This document shows positions 46,821 through 56,006 of a stretch of DNA of 64,000 nt, one piece after another. Location of the stretch: the IMG/VR virus record IMGVR_UViG_3300033074_001400, positions 1-64,000 of that record, one strand, 5' to 3'. Made by a program: the position numbers and the translations under genes. Below the pieces are notes generated by a model. The model was not told where the DNA came from. It worked only from the letters and a program-made list of their open reading frames with translations, and did not search any database. Positions within the stretch are counted from its first letter, which is position 1, and the number at the start of each line of letters is the position of its first letter. This stretch comes from an uncultured virus (IMG/VR IMGVR_UViG_3300033074_001400). Taxonomy: Duplodnaviria > Heunggongvirae > Uroviricota > Caudoviricetes.

Positions 46821-46824
46821 GTAA

Positions 46825-47370
46825 TTAATTACAATATTTAGGATTTACACATTTTACTACCCATCCGGGGTCAGCACTGCTTGCTCCATAATAAAGGGCT
46901 GAAGACTCAGCAGCAGTATATGTGTGTAAAGTTGTCCATGAGCCACCTCTAAAGTATCTGGCAATTACTGTTGTTCCTGTTCTACTTATTCCAAATAAGT
47001 CTCCAGATACAGCAGGTACAGCCAAATCAGTATATACTCCCATTATAGCAGTTGCATAATTTTCACTTGAGTTTATATATATTCCATATTCTACATTTTC
47101 ATAATATGGTGTAGTTGGACTTTCATTGGGGGTTAGGAAAATAGCTGTAGTTAATGTATCTACCGTACCATCGTATGTAGAGTAAATATATCCATCCCCA
47201 CCTATTGATAATGTTCCCTGAAATCCCTCACCATTATTTCCAGATATAGGTATCCATGTACCTGCTGGAGATTCTGTCCAGTTTAGGGTAGTTGAAAAGG
47301 TAGCATTATATGGACAGGAGCCACCTCCTCCAGTCTGTGATATCCAATATATTGAAGCTGTTCCTGCCAT
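46825..47370 (-). CDS. beta-rich putative fibre-associated / lectin-like protein
   Basis: 181 aa, G/T/Y-rich beta pattern, between fibre and lyase genes. Confidence 0.55.
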   Translation of the reverse strand: MAGTASIYWISQTGGGGSCPYNATFSTTLNWTESPAGTWIPISGNNGEGFQGTLSIGGDGYIYSTYDGTVDTLTTAIFLTPNESPTTPYYENVEYGIYINSSENYATAIMGVYTDLAVPAVSGDLFGISRTGTTVIARYFRGGSWTTLHTYTAAESSALYYGASSADPGWVVKCVNPKYCN

Positions 47371-50300
47371 TAATAAGTGTTATTTAAAATCTGACAATAT
47401 AGGTTGGCTCTTTGTACGTTGGATGCAGAAGAGAAGTTAATATGTGCTTTTGACATAGATGATGGTCCTACTGCTGTTGCAGCAGTATATATACCTTGGA
47501 ACGGAATAGCCATTGATGAGGCTGTTGTACCAGAACCAATAGGTGCAAATACAGCAGCAGTAGCAGCGTTATTAATAAGGTTTCCACCATAGAATGTAAA
47601 ACCAGCACTGGTATATGTAGTGGCAGATGAGATAACAACACCCATCCAATATTCACCCGGAGTCATATTCACGTTTATAGGAACACTCATCAGCCTCATT
47701 GAGTTGATTGATGTATTACCTGTAGATGACGCTGATTGTGACCACTGGAATCCGTTGTTAGCTGAACCAGATGATGCAAGTGATAAAGAGGAACCATTTA
47801 ATGTGTAGATACCTATCCATAATGATACGTTAGCAGAAGCTGTAGTAGCTGATGTATTTGTAGCACCAGATACGGACATACCTATATTCATTTGAGTACC
47901 AGTTACATTGAATGGTACATACATGTGTTTTATAGAAAGTGAGCCTTGACCTAGAGCACCTAAAGATGTCCACATGTTTTCAGGATGCTGAAAATTAGAT
48001 AAAGTTGGTCCACCAGCAGCATTAATTGAAGCTACCATACTACCATTCGATGTGTAGAATGATACATTATTCAGATTACCAAAGGTAAGTGTAGAATAAC
48101 TAAATGAACCATTACTTCCACTTATTGCAGGAGAAGGAGCGCCAATACTAATTGTTGAAGCATTAACTGAAATAGATACATGACCTGTTCCAGAAATAGA
48201 TGATGATCCGGGAGCACTCACAATATAAGACTGACCTGTTGTAGATTGTATAGTGATTGCACCGGCACCTGATAAGTGGGCTGTACCAGATGTGTATGTA
48301 GTTTGAGAGTTAGCTAAAGCTATACCTCCTCCACCACCTGTTCCACCAGTTGCACCACTAAGTTGGATACTACCATTTGAGAATCCTACTGTAATACCTT
48401 GTAATCCATTCAGAGATAAAACGCTGGCATTCAATACAGTAGAAGAGTTTTGAGTAGTGTTTCCAAGAGCATATAATGATATATTCTGGTTACTCTGAGA
48501 AGCTCCAATAGATACTGTGGAACCATTTGTTGAGATGGAAACTATACCAGTTGCTGACAATGAAGATGTTGCAGGAACACTAATCTGGAAAGATTGTCCT
48601 GTAGTAGACTGAATTGTGATTGCTCCAGCTCCAGATAAATTCACTGTACCTGAAGTGTAAGTTGTTTGTGAGTTAGCCAATACAATACCACCACCAGCTC
48701 CCGGTGCTGCTGCTGAAAGAGATAAGGTAAATCCATTTGACGCAGAAGCAGTAGTACCAGTCAGATTAGTTAACGCTAATGTAGGGTTACCATGTGAGTG
48801 GTTAGATGCAGCATAAGTTGTTGCTACTGTAGCGGTTATAGTAATTGATCCATTATTTGAAGTGGAAGCTCCAAATGATACACCATTGCTATCTACAAAG
48901 GCAATTCTGCTGACAGAGCTTAACGTTGATGCTCCTGCTTGCATCGTCAATGAGCTATTTGTTAGAGTAGGTACACTATAACTAGCAACTATAGCACTTC
49001 CGGCAGATGTGTAGAATGTCATTCCATTAGCATTGCTAAAGGATACATTATTAGACAGGGAAGCTGTACCACCGCCAGTATTATTTGTCGCAGCTACAAT
49101 ATTTACAACTCGTGAAACACTGGTATTTAATGCATTAGATGTAATTGCGGAAGTTGCGGAAGTATGTTGAAATAATGAACTCTGAGAAGTATTTAGAGCA
49201 TTACTTGTAATAGCTGATGTAGCTGAAGTGTGCTGAAAAAGACTACTTTGAGAGGTGTTAATAGCATTTGCAGTGATCGCTGATGTATTACTTGTAAACT
49301 GAAGAGCGTGTGAAACTCTGATTCCACCAGCATTATTGCTAAAAGATACACCATTACTATCTTGGAAAGATAAAGTTTGGAATACAGACGATGCTGCACC
49401 TGCACTAAACGCCTGACCGCTTTGTGTAGTTAAAAATATAGTGGTATGAGACGATAATTCAAATAAAGATGAATTAGATGTCTGAAAGAATAAAGATGAT
49501 TGTCCAGTGGATATATAATCTGTAGGCACTGTATATGAGGCAGTTATAATGCTACTATTACTCATACCAAAAGACATACCATTACTATTTGATAAAACAA
49601 CAGTACCTGTAGTATTAGCAGTTTGTGTACCCGCAGCTAAAATATTGTATCCATCTGCACCACCCGCAGGATTAGCAGACAGGGATAAAGTAAATCCACC
49701 TGAATTTGAGGCAGTGCTGCCTGATATGTTTGTTAATGCAAGGGTTGGATTACCATGACTATGTGACACTAATGCAAATGCTGTAGTATGTGAAGACTGC
49801 TCAAAAATTGAAGATTGAGAAGTATTCAGATATTGAGAGTGAGTATGTGTAGTGTATCCTGTACCTAAAGAAAGCGAATCATTTGCAGTGAGAGCAAATA
49901 AACTGCTTTGGTTAGTATTTATATACTGACTATGAGTGTGTGTAGTATATCCTGTTCCAAGTGATAAAGAATTATCTGATGTTGCTTGGAAAAGAGATGA
50001 TTGAGATGTAAATAATAATTGTGTATCCGCAGAAGTATGTCTAAATGACTGAGTAGCAGCAGTTCCTAAATAATTACTCATTAAGGAAGTTTGCTGAAAT
50101 ACAGAAGATTGAGACGTATTTACATATTGAGAGTGTGTATGACTAGTATAATCAGTACCTAAAGATAAAGAATTATCAGAAGTGGCTTGAAATAAGCTAC
50201 TTTGAGAAGTATTAATATATTGAGAATGACTATGTGAAGTATAATCTGTTCCTAAATAATTAGACATTAATGATGTCTGTTGGAAAAGACTACTTTGAGC

Positions 50301-51050
50301 TGTAGATATATAATCAGTTGGTTGTGAATAACTTGCAGAGGCTGTAACCACTGAGTTATTAGACATTCCAAAACTTACATTATTTGAATTACTAAGTACA
50401 ATAGTTTGTGTAAGTCCTGCTATTTGTGTACCTGCTGATATTCTATTAATACCATCTCCACCAGCACCTCCACTATCCGTATAACTACCTAATATAGAGC
50501 CATTGCTAAGATATAAAGTTAGGCCATTTTCACTACCTAATTGTAACATACTTAGGATAGTTGATATATTTGAGGCAGATATTGATATAGGTTGTACACT
50601 CTGATTTGTTAAAAACAGAGTAGATTGTGAGGTATTTAAATATTGACTATGTGTGTGAGAAGTATAGCTAGTACCTAGAGAAAGACTGTTATTTGCAGTG
50701 AGCTGTAAAAGTGTTGACTGATTTGAAGAAAAATAGTCAGTGGGAGACGTATAGCTTGCTGTTACTACACTACCTGTTGTACCAAAACTGATACCATTGC
50801 TATTACTTAAAACAAAATTAGCACCTGATCCAGCTAGAGCAGATGCTGTAATAACTGATCCATTCATACCAAAAGATACATTATTAGCATCTTGGAATTT
50901 AACTTTTCCAAGAATACTCATTTTATTATTAACGTATATTTTAGCACTACCTACACCAATGACATTTTCTACTGCACAATTATCTAAAGTAATTGAGGTA
51001 GAATTTGTATTCGATATAACAATAGGACCAAAGTTATTTAAAATTGGCAA
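47370..51050 (-). CDS. Ser/Thr-rich repeat fibre protein (1226 aa)
   Basis: repeats SLGTxYTSHTHSQYxNTSQSSLF, SNSNGxSFG, SHSHGNPTLALTN (x2) and LANSQTTYTSGT (x2). Confidence 0.75.
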   Translation of the reverse strand: MPILNNFGPIVISNTNSTSITLDNCAVENVIGVGSAKIYVNNKMSILGKVKFQDANNVSFGMNGSVITASALAGSGANFVLSNSNGISFGTTGSVVTASYTSPTDYFSSNQSTLLQLTANNSLSLGTSYTSHTHSQYLNTSQSTLFLTNQSVQPISISASNISTILSMLQLGSENGLTLYLSNGSILGSYTDSGGAGGDGINRISAGTQIAGLTQTIVLSNSNNVSFGMSNNSVVTASASYSQPTDYISTAQSSLFQQTSLMSNYLGTDYTSHSHSQYINTSQSSLFQATSDNSLSLGTDYTSHTHSQYVNTSQSSVFQQTSLMSNYLGTAATQSFRHTSADTQLLFTSQSSLFQATSDNSLSLGTGYTTHTHSQYINTNQSSLFALTANDSLSLGTGYTTHTHSQYLNTSQSSIFEQSSHTTAFALVSHSHGNPTLALTNISGSTASNSGGFTLSLSANPAGGADGYNILAAGTQTANTTGTVVLSNSNGMSFGMSNSSIITASYTVPTDYISTGQSSLFFQTSNSSLFELSSHTTIFLTTQSGQAFSAGAASSVFQTLSFQDSNGVSFSNNAGGIRVSHALQFTSNTSAITANAINTSQSSLFQHTSATSAITSNALNTSQSSLFQHTSATSAITSNALNTSVSRVVNIVAATNNTGGGTASLSNNVSFSNANGMTFYTSAGSAIVASYSVPTLTNSSLTMQAGASTLSSVSRIAFVDSNGVSFGASTSNNGSITITATVATTYAASNHSHGNPTLALTNLTGTTASASNGFTLSLSAAAPGAGGGIVLANSQTTYTSGTVNLSGAGAITIQSTTGQSFQISVPATSSLSATGIVSISTNGSTVSIGASQSNQNISLYALGNTTQNSSTVLNASVLSLNGLQGITVGFSNGSIQLSGATGGTGGGGGIALANSQTTYTSGTAHLSGAGAITIQSTTGQSYIVSAPGSSSISGTGHVSISVNASTISIGAPSPAISGSNGSFSYSTLTFGNLNNVSFYTSNGSMVASINAAGGPTLSNFQHPENMWTSLGALGQGSLSIKHMYVPFNVTGTQMNIGMSVSGATNTSATTASANVSLWIGIYTLNGSSLSLASSGSANNGFQWSQSASSTGNTSINSMRLMSVPINVNMTPGEYWMGVVISSATTYTSAGFTFYGGNLINNAATAAVFAPIGSGTTASSMAIPFQGIYTAATAVGPSSMSKAHINFSSASNVQRANLYCQILNNTY

Positions 51051-51057
51051 TTTATTT

Positions 51058-51807
51058 CTATTTTATTAATGTATAATATTTCTCCACTTCATAGTCTAAA
51101 GCTGGAGATAATACACCATCACCATCATCTGATTCAAATTTTCGATGATTTGCAAAATTATCAGCATGATCACCAAGTCCTGATATTTTATGTGTATTAT
51201 GACCTGATTCCCAACAATATAGGAATGTAGGTACACCGTCTAACGGTTGATAAATTTCGTAGTTTCTTTGCAGAGGAGTAAGCCATTTTTGATGGTATGA
51301 TGCAGGAACATAATGAAATCCTGTATTTTTCACATAATCAAAATTTACAAAAATAGAAGGCTCCATATTATTATGAGCCTTATCTACCTGATTATTATCA
51401 TGTATATAATATGAATAGAATGGTTTATACGCTTTAAATTGGGGATTCAATAAAATTGCACGTTTATATCCATCTATTCCTTCTCTTGTATGTAGTGGTA
51501 GAAATATATCATCACTATCTGCAAAAGTGACAACATTTACATCTGTTGGTACAAAGGTGAGAGCATCTCTGAATATAGCTCCTGTATTAGTATATTCTTG
51601 TCCTGTTTCTTTATCTAAATAGTTATTAACTAGTATAATTTGCTTATTTTCAGGCATTTGTATATAATCCAAATACTGAGAAATTTTTGAATTATTGTAT
51701 AAAAGAAGATATATAGGTTCATCATACACCTGATCAATAAAGCACTTAATTACTCTTTCGACTTTATCGTGTCTTCCTGCAAAGCATGTAATCCAACAGA
51801 TTTTCAT
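51058..51807 (-). CDS. GT2-like glycosyltransferase
   Basis: ITCFAGR..F..Q, TGAIFRDA and FADSDDIFLP. Confidence 0.78.
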   Translation of the reverse strand: MKICWITCFAGRHDKVERVIKCFIDQVYDEPIYLLLYNNSKISQYLDYIQMPENKQIILVNNYLDKETGQEYTNTGAIFRDALTFVPTDVNVVTFADSDDIFLPLHTREGIDGYKRAILLNPQFKAYKPFYSYYIHDNNQVDKAHNNMEPSIFVNFDYVKNTGFHYVPASYHQKWLTPLQRNYEIYQPLDGVPTFLYCWESGHNTHKISGLGDHADNFANHRKFESDDGDGVLSPALDYEVEKYYTLIK

Positions 51808-51886
51808 TGTAGTTATTTTTTTTGCAAAAATACAATGATTATTTGGTAAAACCAGTGAAATATACTAATAATAATGCTATTGTAGC

Positions 51887-52426
51887 TTATCTAATGTTAT
51901 TCTTTATAGAATTTATAGATAATTTTACAAATGCATCTTGATCTAGTTTTTCACTCCATCCATTTTCCCATACGGAAGAGCATACACAAAAATATACATT
52001 TCGTCTATCCTGACCCAAGAAAAAGAATTCCATATATTGAATTCCTTCAAGAATATTCAAACTATGTTGTAATGATTTGGGAATCAACTTATTAGTTTTT
52101 ACTTTTATATGTTTCTTTTCATATAATTCAGATAACATTTTCAAATATTCTCTATCTACTTCAAGACGCTGATAACTATCTTTTATACTTCTTATTGGTG
52201 TAGTGTAATCTTCATATAAAACAGAAACAAATATTGGAGAATTGGGTTTTATAAGCCCACCTCCATTATGCACTTTAAATACTAGCACCTGCTGTACTTC
52301 CGTATCATCCAGAATTCTATGCATTGTATCATATATTGATACAATTCTTTTTATTTGACGAGATGGAAGATGAAATAAATTATTAAAAAATTTGAAAATT
52401 TCTCCAAAAAGTTCAACCCAATTCAT
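51887..52426 (-). CDS. putative holin-like protein with GAF-like domain
   Basis: VFKVHNGG motif and SVLYE; amphipathic N-terminus. Confidence 0.45.
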   Translation of the reverse strand: MNWVELFGEIFKFFNNLFHLPSRQIKRIVSIYDTMHRILDDTEVQQVLVFKVHNGGGLIKPNSPIFVSVLYEDYTTPIRSIKDSYQRLEVDREYLKMLSELYEKKHIKVKTNKLIPKSLQHSLNILEGIQYMEFFFLGQDRRNVYFCVCSSVWENGWSEKLDQDAFVKLSINSIKNNIR

Positions 52427-52445
52427 ATAAAAATTTTAATTAATA

Positions 52446-55271
52446 TTAAATGGCTACTGCTCTCCATCTGCTAGATGTTATGTCATACCATAATTGTACT
52501 CCTTTATCAGCAGCTATTGTAATATCTGATCCGATTTTGAATCTATTTGCTGCGGTAGATAATATATTTTCGTTAGAAAGTATAATATTATTTGTACCTA
52601 TATTGAAAATATATATAATTCTTCCTTCATACCCTAAATTTAATCCTGTAATTGTTCGGGAGGCATCAGATGAGAGACGAAGTACTGAATTTAAATTTAA
52701 GTCTGTAGGTGAATAATCATTCTGATCTGCGGTAATTTGTGCAGGAGATGAAGCTCCTTTAATTGCAATTTTACCTCTGATTGAAGTTCCTTGGTTTACA
52801 CTGGCAAGTGTATTTATATTAAATTCTAAAGTATCTTGAATAGCAAATGCTTTTATACTAGCAAATGTCATATCATAGATATTTTCAGAACCATCTATTG
52901 TAGTATCTTCAATTAAGACTCCACCTAAATGTACTGTTCCAGATGTCTCGGTAAGGCCATTTGCAAAAGTATAGGATGTAGCTGGTATTGCTGTTTCTAT
53001 AACATTACCATTAGTATCTACAGAAAGATTATATGTAGGTGTTCCTGTATGTGTTCCAACTCCATATGAGAAAATTCTCATTTTTCCAGAATTGTTTACA
53101 TTAAACCTTTCATTACCTTGACCATCAGCAAATATCATATAATTTGAAAGTGTAGCATAGCTTGCACCTGTTGTACTACCTATCAGTACGTTATAGTTAC
53201 CTGTTGTCAACAGAGTACCTACATTATATCCAATACCAATATTATATCCTACTGTGGGAGCAAAGGTAGCTCCATTAAAAGCTCCAAAACCTATCCCAAT
53301 ATTACCGGTAGAGTTATTTATATAATACAATGCTGCATGTCCTAAAGCTACATTATGTCCTCCTGATGAACCAGCTGTACCTACACCACTCCATCCCTTA
53401 CCCATTGATAGAGCACCTATAGATGTGTTATAATCACCTGCTGTAATACCATATCCAGAATATGCACCATATCCAGTATTGGTTTGAGCTAAACCTGCTC
53501 CTCCATAATTATAGAAGGAATATTCTCCAATAGCAGTATTCCATTGTCTGGAACTAAATCCATTATGAACGTTATTATAGAGAGAATAAGCACCTATGGC
53601 TATTGATCCGTTACTACCTTGTGTATACATTGCTCTAAATCCTATAGCAACTGCTTGTTGAGCGTGATTTAGATAAGCTGCTTCAGCACCAATAATAGTA
53701 TTAGCTGCTCCACTATAACTACCACTATAATTTGCTCTATATCCTAAAATTGTATTATATCCATATGATACATTACCTGTATTAGAAGCTTCATATCCTA
53801 TTATAACATTATTTGGGGAAGAGCTTGTATTAACTGTTAATGCGTTTGTACCAAATACGGTATTTGTAGCAATTGAACCAGCACCTCTACCTATAGTATG
53901 TTCATGTACTAAGATATCCCCACCAACGACATCAAGCTTTTTTCTGGCAGTTTCAGTGTTGATACCTACATTTACAGCATATGAGCCTGTTCCACCAAGG
54001 GCCATAGTATAATCAGCGGAAACTTTAGAATTATATCCAATTGCTATTGCGCCTGTTACAGTGGTCGGTGCTCCTGATCCTATTCCTGCTGATGTTCCTA
54101 CTAATGTTGTATAACTATCTTCTGTTCTATTTCCTGTAAGATAACCAATGTTTACATTATAACTGCCGTAATTATTATTCATTCCGGCAGCAAATCCTAA
54201 AGTAGTATTACCTATTCCTGATTTAGTTTCAGTGACAGATGCGGTTGCTCCTGTACCATCTCCTGTAATAGTTACTGTAATACCTGTATGAAAATCACCT
54301 TCTCCTGTAAGGAGAGAATAACCACCTCCGGCATTAGTTATTGTTATACCTGTTACTTGTCCACCGGAAACAGTAGCTGTAGCAGTTGCCGTCACCTGAT
54401 ATACACCGGGGCTTATTGCAGGAGGGGCAGAAATAGTTACATTTGCAAATGTATATCCACTTCCCCCATTTGTAACTGCAATAGTTTTAATACCTGTAGT
54501 GTTATATAAAGAAGCTAATCCCCCCACTGCAATATTAAAACTACCATCAATATTTGAACGAAGTGCGTCCCTACCTAATCCTGTATTACTATTACCTTGG
54601 TTATTTAATTCTCCTGCAAATGTTCCAACATAAGTAAGTGATGATCCATTATAGTTTCTAAATCCTGTAGATTGTCCAACCAATACACTACGACCACCTG
54701 AAGGATCACTGTTATATTTAGTAGCATGTCCTGCCCAAAGTCCTATAAATGTATTTTGATTACCTTTAGATGGATTAAATACTAAAAAAGAACCTGCACC
54801 ATGCCCAATTAGGGTGTTTGCACCATTATTGAAACCAAGGTTCTGACCAGCAAACTGACCTAGTGTTACAGTTCCTGAGCTTTGTGATGCAGCTCCGGGC
54901 ATAGCTGTAATGTAACCTGCCTGAATACTGTTTACCTTAAAGATTAATGATTGTAAAACAGTGGTTCCCAAGAAGTTAGCAGAAGTTGTATTACTATTAC
55001 CACTAATGTTCCATCCTGAATACGTAGAGGCAATAACATATGGATTAAATTCTGTACCATTTCCTGTAACAGAAATGTCAGTACCATTAGATATGTATGT
55101 ACCTGTCCCTATTGAACACAATTTATCATTAATTTTTGATAAAATTGCATCCAAACGCTCGTTAGTAGTAGCCTCTATACAGTCCAGATTTGGGCCTGTA
55201 TACACTACACATTTAGCTTTTACGTATATTGGACATGGATTATTTATATTTGGCATAGTGTTACAATTCAT
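52446..55271 (-). CDS. Gly/Asn-rich repeat fibre / adhesin-like protein (941 aa)
   Basis: many NTxxG..AG repeats; Cys-rich N-terminus (CVVYTG..L.CI); inserted TNGGSGYT/TNAGGGYS domain. Confidence 0.72.
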   Translation of the reverse strand: MNCNTMPNINNPCPIYVKAKCVVYTGPNLDCIEATTNERLDAILSKINDKLCSIGTGTYISNGTDISVTGNGTEFNPYVIASTYSGWNISGNSNTTSANFLGTTVLQSLIFKVNSIQAGYITAMPGAASQSSGTVTLGQFAGQNLGFNNGANTLIGHGAGSFLVFNPSKGNQNTFIGLWAGHATKYNSDPSGGRSVLVGQSTGFRNYNGSSLTYVGTFAGELNNQGNSNTGLGRDALRSNIDGSFNIAVGGLASLYNTTGIKTIAVTNGGSGYTFANVTISAPPAISPGVYQVTATATATVSGGQVTGITITNAGGGYSLLTGEGDFHTGITVTITGDGTGATASVTETKSGIGNTTLGFAAGMNNNYGSYNVNIGYLTGNRTEDSYTTLVGTSAGIGSGAPTTVTGAIAIGYNSKVSADYTMALGGTGSYAVNVGINTETARKKLDVVGGDILVHEHTIGRGAGSIATNTVFGTNALTVNTSSSPNNVIIGYEASNTGNVSYGYNTILGYRANYSGSYSGAANTIIGAEAAYLNHAQQAVAIGFRAMYTQGSNGSIAIGAYSLYNNVHNGFSSRQWNTAIGEYSFYNYGGAGLAQTNTGYGAYSGYGITAGDYNTSIGALSMGKGWSGVGTAGSSGGHNVALGHAALYYINNSTGNIGIGFGAFNGATFAPTVGYNIGIGYNVGTLLTTGNYNVLIGSTTGASYATLSNYMIFADGQGNERFNVNNSGKMRIFSYGVGTHTGTPTYNLSVDTNGNVIETAIPATSYTFANGLTETSGTVHLGGVLIEDTTIDGSENIYDMTFASIKAFAIQDTLEFNINTLASVNQGTSIRGKIAIKGASSPAQITADQNDYSPTDLNLNSVLRLSSDASRTITGLNLGYEGRIIYIFNIGTNNIILSNENILSTAANRFKIGSDITIAADKGVQLWYDITSSRWRAVAI

Positions 55272-55280
55272 GCGATATTT

Positions 55281-55937
55281 TTATTTTTTTCTCATTAATG
55301 GAGTTGTCAATGCCTTTTCTATTGGCCAATTTTCAATTCTATCATATAATGTAGCTCTATTTATACCTATTTCTTCTGCCCAATCCGAAATACATTGAGT
55401 TTTGCCATTAAAAGTAACTAATCTGTTAGTAGATTTATTCCTATTTTGTTCTTTTATTGTTGCCCATCTACAGTTCTCTGGACAATAATTTCCATTATTA
55501 TCTATCCTATCTAAGCTATGATTTTTACTAGGTCTAAACCCCATATCCTTTAAAAAATCATCAAAAGAATTTAACCACTTCTCACATACATTTATTCCCC
55601 TAGCAGCATAACGTTTATACTTTCTACCTGTTTTATAACCACCACATCTTGCAATCATACCCTGCCATATAATAAATTCTGTAGTCCTTAGATTGTTTAC
55701 TTTAGTTGTATGCCCATGTGTGGTTTTACCACCTTTTCGATTTACTAGACATCCGCAAGAGGTAGTATTTCCATACTTAATACTTTCAATTAAACATATA
55801 AATTCTTTCCCACAATTGCATCTAAATATAGCTTTTCTTCTAGTTCCTCCATTGAGACGAACGTGAGCATCTACTTCAGAGATATATTCTAAATTTCCTA
55901 ATTTTTGTCCTGTTTTGTAAATAATTTTATTTACCAT
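55281..55937 (-). CDS. HNH homing endonuclease
   Basis: CNCG..SCGC, W.GM..RC, RGINVC and SLDRIDNNGNYCPENCRWAT. Confidence 0.9.
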   Translation of the reverse strand: MVNKIIYKTGQKLGNLEYISEVDAHVRLNGGTRRKAIFRCNCGKEFICLIESIKYGNTTSCGCLVNRKGGKTTHGHTTKVNNLRTTEFIIWQGMIARCGGYKTGRKYKRYAARGINVCEKWLNSFDDFLKDMGFRPSKNHSLDRIDNNGNYCPENCRWATIKEQNRNKSTNRLVTFNGKTQCISDWAEEIGINRATLYDRIENWPIEKALTTPLMRKK

Positions 55938-55944
55938 TATTGTG

Positions 55945-55952
55945 CAAATATA
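55945..55952 (-). promoter_or_regulatory. Bacteroidota -7 promoter element upstream of the HNH gene
   Basis: minus strand TATATTTG. Confidence 0.5.
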
Positions 55953-56006
55953 GATTTAAATTATGTAAAAGTAAAGACAAGATATTGGTTTTAAAGCTAT
56001 TATAGC

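Noticed and set aside
49100..50700. Possible CRISPR array or DGR template/variable repeats
   Set aside because: The repeats are in-frame, synonymously diverged protein repeats. There is no constant repeat-spacer period and no reverse transcriptase in the window.
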